Shown: positions 43,863 to 64,000 of the stretch, piece after piece
Layout: each line of letters starts with the position of its first letter
Numbering within the stretch: position 1 is the first letter of the stretch
Assembly: GCA_963693365.1 (NCBI GenBank)
Contig: CAVNZM010000008.1
Span: forward strand, 10,503,172-10,567,171
Reading direction: 5' to 3'
Origin: Amoebidium appalachense
Lineage: Eukaryota; Protista; Ichthyosporea
Length of the DNA: 64,000 nt
Position numbers and translations under genes: made by a program
Notes under the pieces: model-generated
What the model saw: only the letters and a program-made list of their open reading frames with translations
The model's database searches: none
Told to the model about the DNA's origin: nothing

Positions 43863-44371
43863 GGGGAACCCCAACTAATTGATTTCTCCTTGTAGTCTTT
43901 ATGGTGTCTCGTAGAGAAAGTAAACCCTGATATATAGTCACCACCCGACATCTATGTACGTGATCATGATATACCGCTGAGGGGATATTCCGAGCAAAAC
44001 CCCCCCCCCCATACCTGAGACTGGTTCTCTTTGCCTCGAGTAAACAGCGTAAACCCCTACTGTAGTTCGCTCATTGGAATCAAGTGTCATGTAACCTGAA
44101 ATTTGTAATATCTCTTAGGGGTGTTTTATAAAATTACAAATAATGAGCCACTGAGCTGAGCCTCACAAAAAAGGGCGAAAACTTATGTAGAGAGATCACT
44201 TGTTTCAATGTCTTATCCCCTTTTCTAGTGATTACTTTATCCCGGTCTCTTATGATATTGCAGAGCATCGTTTGTTTTACATCGTACAGGCTTCGCTTTT
44301 GTGTCGAATCCAAAGTGATCCTTTGTCAGCCGAGAGAGGATCTCGCTGGATCGTTTTGCTTGGCCCGAACC

Positions 44372-55857
<11,486 letters not shown>

Positions 55858-55899
55858 ATGCGTCTAGTAGTTATGCGTGTCTGTTTGCTTTTCTTTCAT

Positions 55900-55951
<52 letters not shown>

Positions 55952-57245
55952 TGTCTGTGATATGGGTTTACACCTGGTTTTTCCTGGTAGGTGTGTGTGT
56001 TTACACACGAGTGCTTCAAACTGGGCATGTGGATTTGTGCATTCCTTTATTTACGTGCCTGTTTATACTTTGTGTGTATTCTTTTTGTTGAGGGATGGTG
56101 CTGTAACACAAATTACAGATTGTTTATTGGTTGATATTTAAGTGTGGGAATTTTTGCACGTAATTACGCACCCACACCACCACACCAAGAAGGCTTAGCT
56201 TGCACATGTTGTGTAGCAAATATATTTGGCACCCTCGTAGACGGTTTACAGCAGATACAATCCCACCCCCTGTATCACTCACGTGTAGCAGCATCACATG
56301 TTTCGGTGTTTATTTCGCTGTGTATGTTTGTGTGGTCGTGTGGGGGTGTCCATTATAGCTATATGTATTGATAGTGTCAGTGACTACACGATTGACAAAT
56401 ATTGGTTGGTGCTAAAGCCATGTTGAGGATGAGATAAATATATAGTATACATCCATGGTTACATATGGTGCCATGTGGATGTATGGCCAGGCACATGCTC
56501 GAAACGTTTATACGCATATATAACGGAAAATAAATATAAAACTTTTGTGTGCACGCACGGCTGCCTGGTACACAGGTTTCAGGGTACCGGTTTACAGGCG
56601 CTCGAACATGTCTACATTATAATCTATTTTTATAATTTTGGCATTATAATCTGTTTTGTTTTTGGCTGTGTTGCGTGGGTGTCATGTATATGCTATATGT
56701 GTGTCTGTGTTATTATTTCTTCACGGATAAAGATGCATGGTGTACATATGGTGTACGCAAGGGTAGCAAGGCTGGGTCACGACCTGCTATGCCGTCGGAT
56801 TTCGTTTGTTTAATTTTGAAATTTAAATTTTGATATGGAATTAAAAATTTAAATAGGCCTTAGCATGGGAAACACTTTGGTTCGCAGCTGATGTCTCATA
56901 AAATCATGAATTGATGTACCCACACAAGCAGTGAACATTATGCATGACACCACCTTTGTGTGTAATGGCCATTGACATGATTAACGCATCAGGCTCTAAG
57001 TGTATAAAAAAAGAATTCACACAATGGTCGTTAAGGTCACCATAATTATGATTTGAATTATAAGTTGAACATGCCAAATCAAAGAATTAGCATAAATGCA
57101 CACGTCCGCACAGTTATGGCACCACAACACAAATGTTGGATCATCTCTTTGCAGGTGAAGCGTTTGTTCGGTGGTGGTGGATCTAGATGCGTGTGTGTTG
57201 ATGAGAGTGTGTGTCCCTCTGTGTACGTGTACCGGGGCCGGGAAA

Positions 57246-57288
<43 letters not shown>

Positions 57289-57618
57289 CTGTTCAATTTT
57301 AGATGAGGAGGTTAACGTTATTTATTCGTGTATGAATTTGGCAGTCAGCTCTTACAGCAGCTAGGCCTATGGTACCACGATCACTGATCACTGCTTGCAC
57401 ATCCCATTGTCAAGCAGAGTGTAAAGATTGCATGCAGAAATGCCAGGCAGTGTTAAGACATATTGGTCAATCCAAACTGTTCATAGACTCATATCCTACT
57501 ATAATGCCCAACGGACGCGCTCGTGGATGCGCATTTTCCTATAAGCGCTCATACAAACATGATAAAACTGTAAGCTAGACATCATCTGTATGATCGAACC
57601 ACCCCTTATCACGAAACC

Positions 57619-57656
<38 letters not shown>

Positions 57657-58345
57657 ACACAAACAACCAAGCAAAACAAGCCAAACCAAACCCAACCCAA
57701 AAGACAACAAAACAAACGAACAAACCGTTAAGTCTTAGAGCAATCGGGCAATAACTACACAGCGCGCATGCGCACCACCTTAGAGAAAAGCCACAAGCAG
57801 CAGATCTTCGAACAATCTACACCAACACACTATCCGACTGAAACAGGACTTTGATATAACAAACATACTATCAAACAGGAGCGGGATATACCATCCCGAA
57901 TCATTTAAACTTCAAGCAATTTGTACGGCCAATCTATTTTCATCAATCAAATCGAACTTTTCACTAACTTCAGTGCCATTATCACACCCACATCCCATCT
58001 CTCCACCCACCTCAGGGCCTTCTCAGGCACCCTACGTGCTCACCACTTCACTCATCAATTTTGCACATACACGCGTGGATATACTCGGAGGTATACTCAA
58101 CGGAATTCAAACACACACAAAAAAAAAAAAAACAGCAACGAACACCTTTTCAGGGTTCATGTCAGCATCTCACGGCCTGGCATCAATACACCACAACCAT
58201 GACGCCAGAAAATGATTAGAATCCATACTTGGGTTTACCTTTAAGTGGCGCCATCTCCTTTTCTAGCCATACGGAAATTACCATATAAAGGAGATCCCGG
58301 GAATTTGCAGATATTGTTGTTTTTTCCCCGCTAATATCCAAAACA

Positions 58346-63408
<5,063 letters not shown>

Positions 63409-63738
63409 CTGAAATTACAGGGGGATATATATGGTGTGTTAGTTACAGTTTTGCATGTGCTGCATGCATTAAGATATCTGGAATTTCGCGGCAATGTTTG
63501 ATACGTTATGGTTATTTTCCACCATTGCTATACTGCTTCTATCAGTGTAAGTAAGGGGGAAGATGTGATTTTTTGGGGTATAGCAATCAGTGAACCGGTT
63601 GCGTTGTATGCTGCACTGTATTATCAGACGTGTATTATACATACACACAAAAGGTGGTGGTGGTGGTGGTGGTGGGGGGGGGGGGGGGGGGGGGGGGGGG
63701 AGGTGTATTTTACATAGACACGGGGAGGGGAGCAGCAG

Positions 63739-63947
<209 letters not shown>

Positions 63948-64000
63948 GGGGGGGGGGGGGGGGGGGAGCATAAAAAGCACAAAATCGGGTGACACTATAT

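Overview
Eukaryotic genomic DNA with intron-rich genes whose introns are packed with poly-G/poly-C tracts and (CA)/(TG) microsatellites. The animal-like housekeeping proteins suggest a unicellular holozoan or other opisthokont (inference only). Six spliced host genes can be reconstructed: KIAA0930/DUF2045-like (-, partial), GOLPH3/Vps74 (+), a type-I membrane protein with an Agd3-like CBM87 domain (+), a FAM173/ATPSCKMT-type methyltransferase (-), TRAPPC12 (+) and a PQ-loop lysosomal transporter (-, partial). The standout is a delimited 10,968-bp Polinton/Maverick-like element at 5590-16557. It has AGTAG...CTACT termini, ~131-bp terminal inverted repeats (TIRs) that continue in degenerate blocks into the start codons of both terminal genes, and an atypical 4-bp target-site duplication (TSD), GCAC. 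It encodes an intact DD34E retroviral-type integrase, a ~2005-aa protein-primed PolB broken by three frameshifts, and a candidate giant-virus DUF5760-like ORF. No capsid, penton, packaging ATPase or maturation protease is recognisable, so it is a candidate capsid-less self-synthesising transposon or satellite. Also present: a 5'-truncated LINE, a 202-bp TA-flanked MITE, a poly-C-bounded dispersed repeat family, a six-unit higher-order repeat array and several minisatellites. All protein family calls come from motif recognition by eye; no database searches were run. Exon and frameshift coordinates were read manually and may be off by a few nt.
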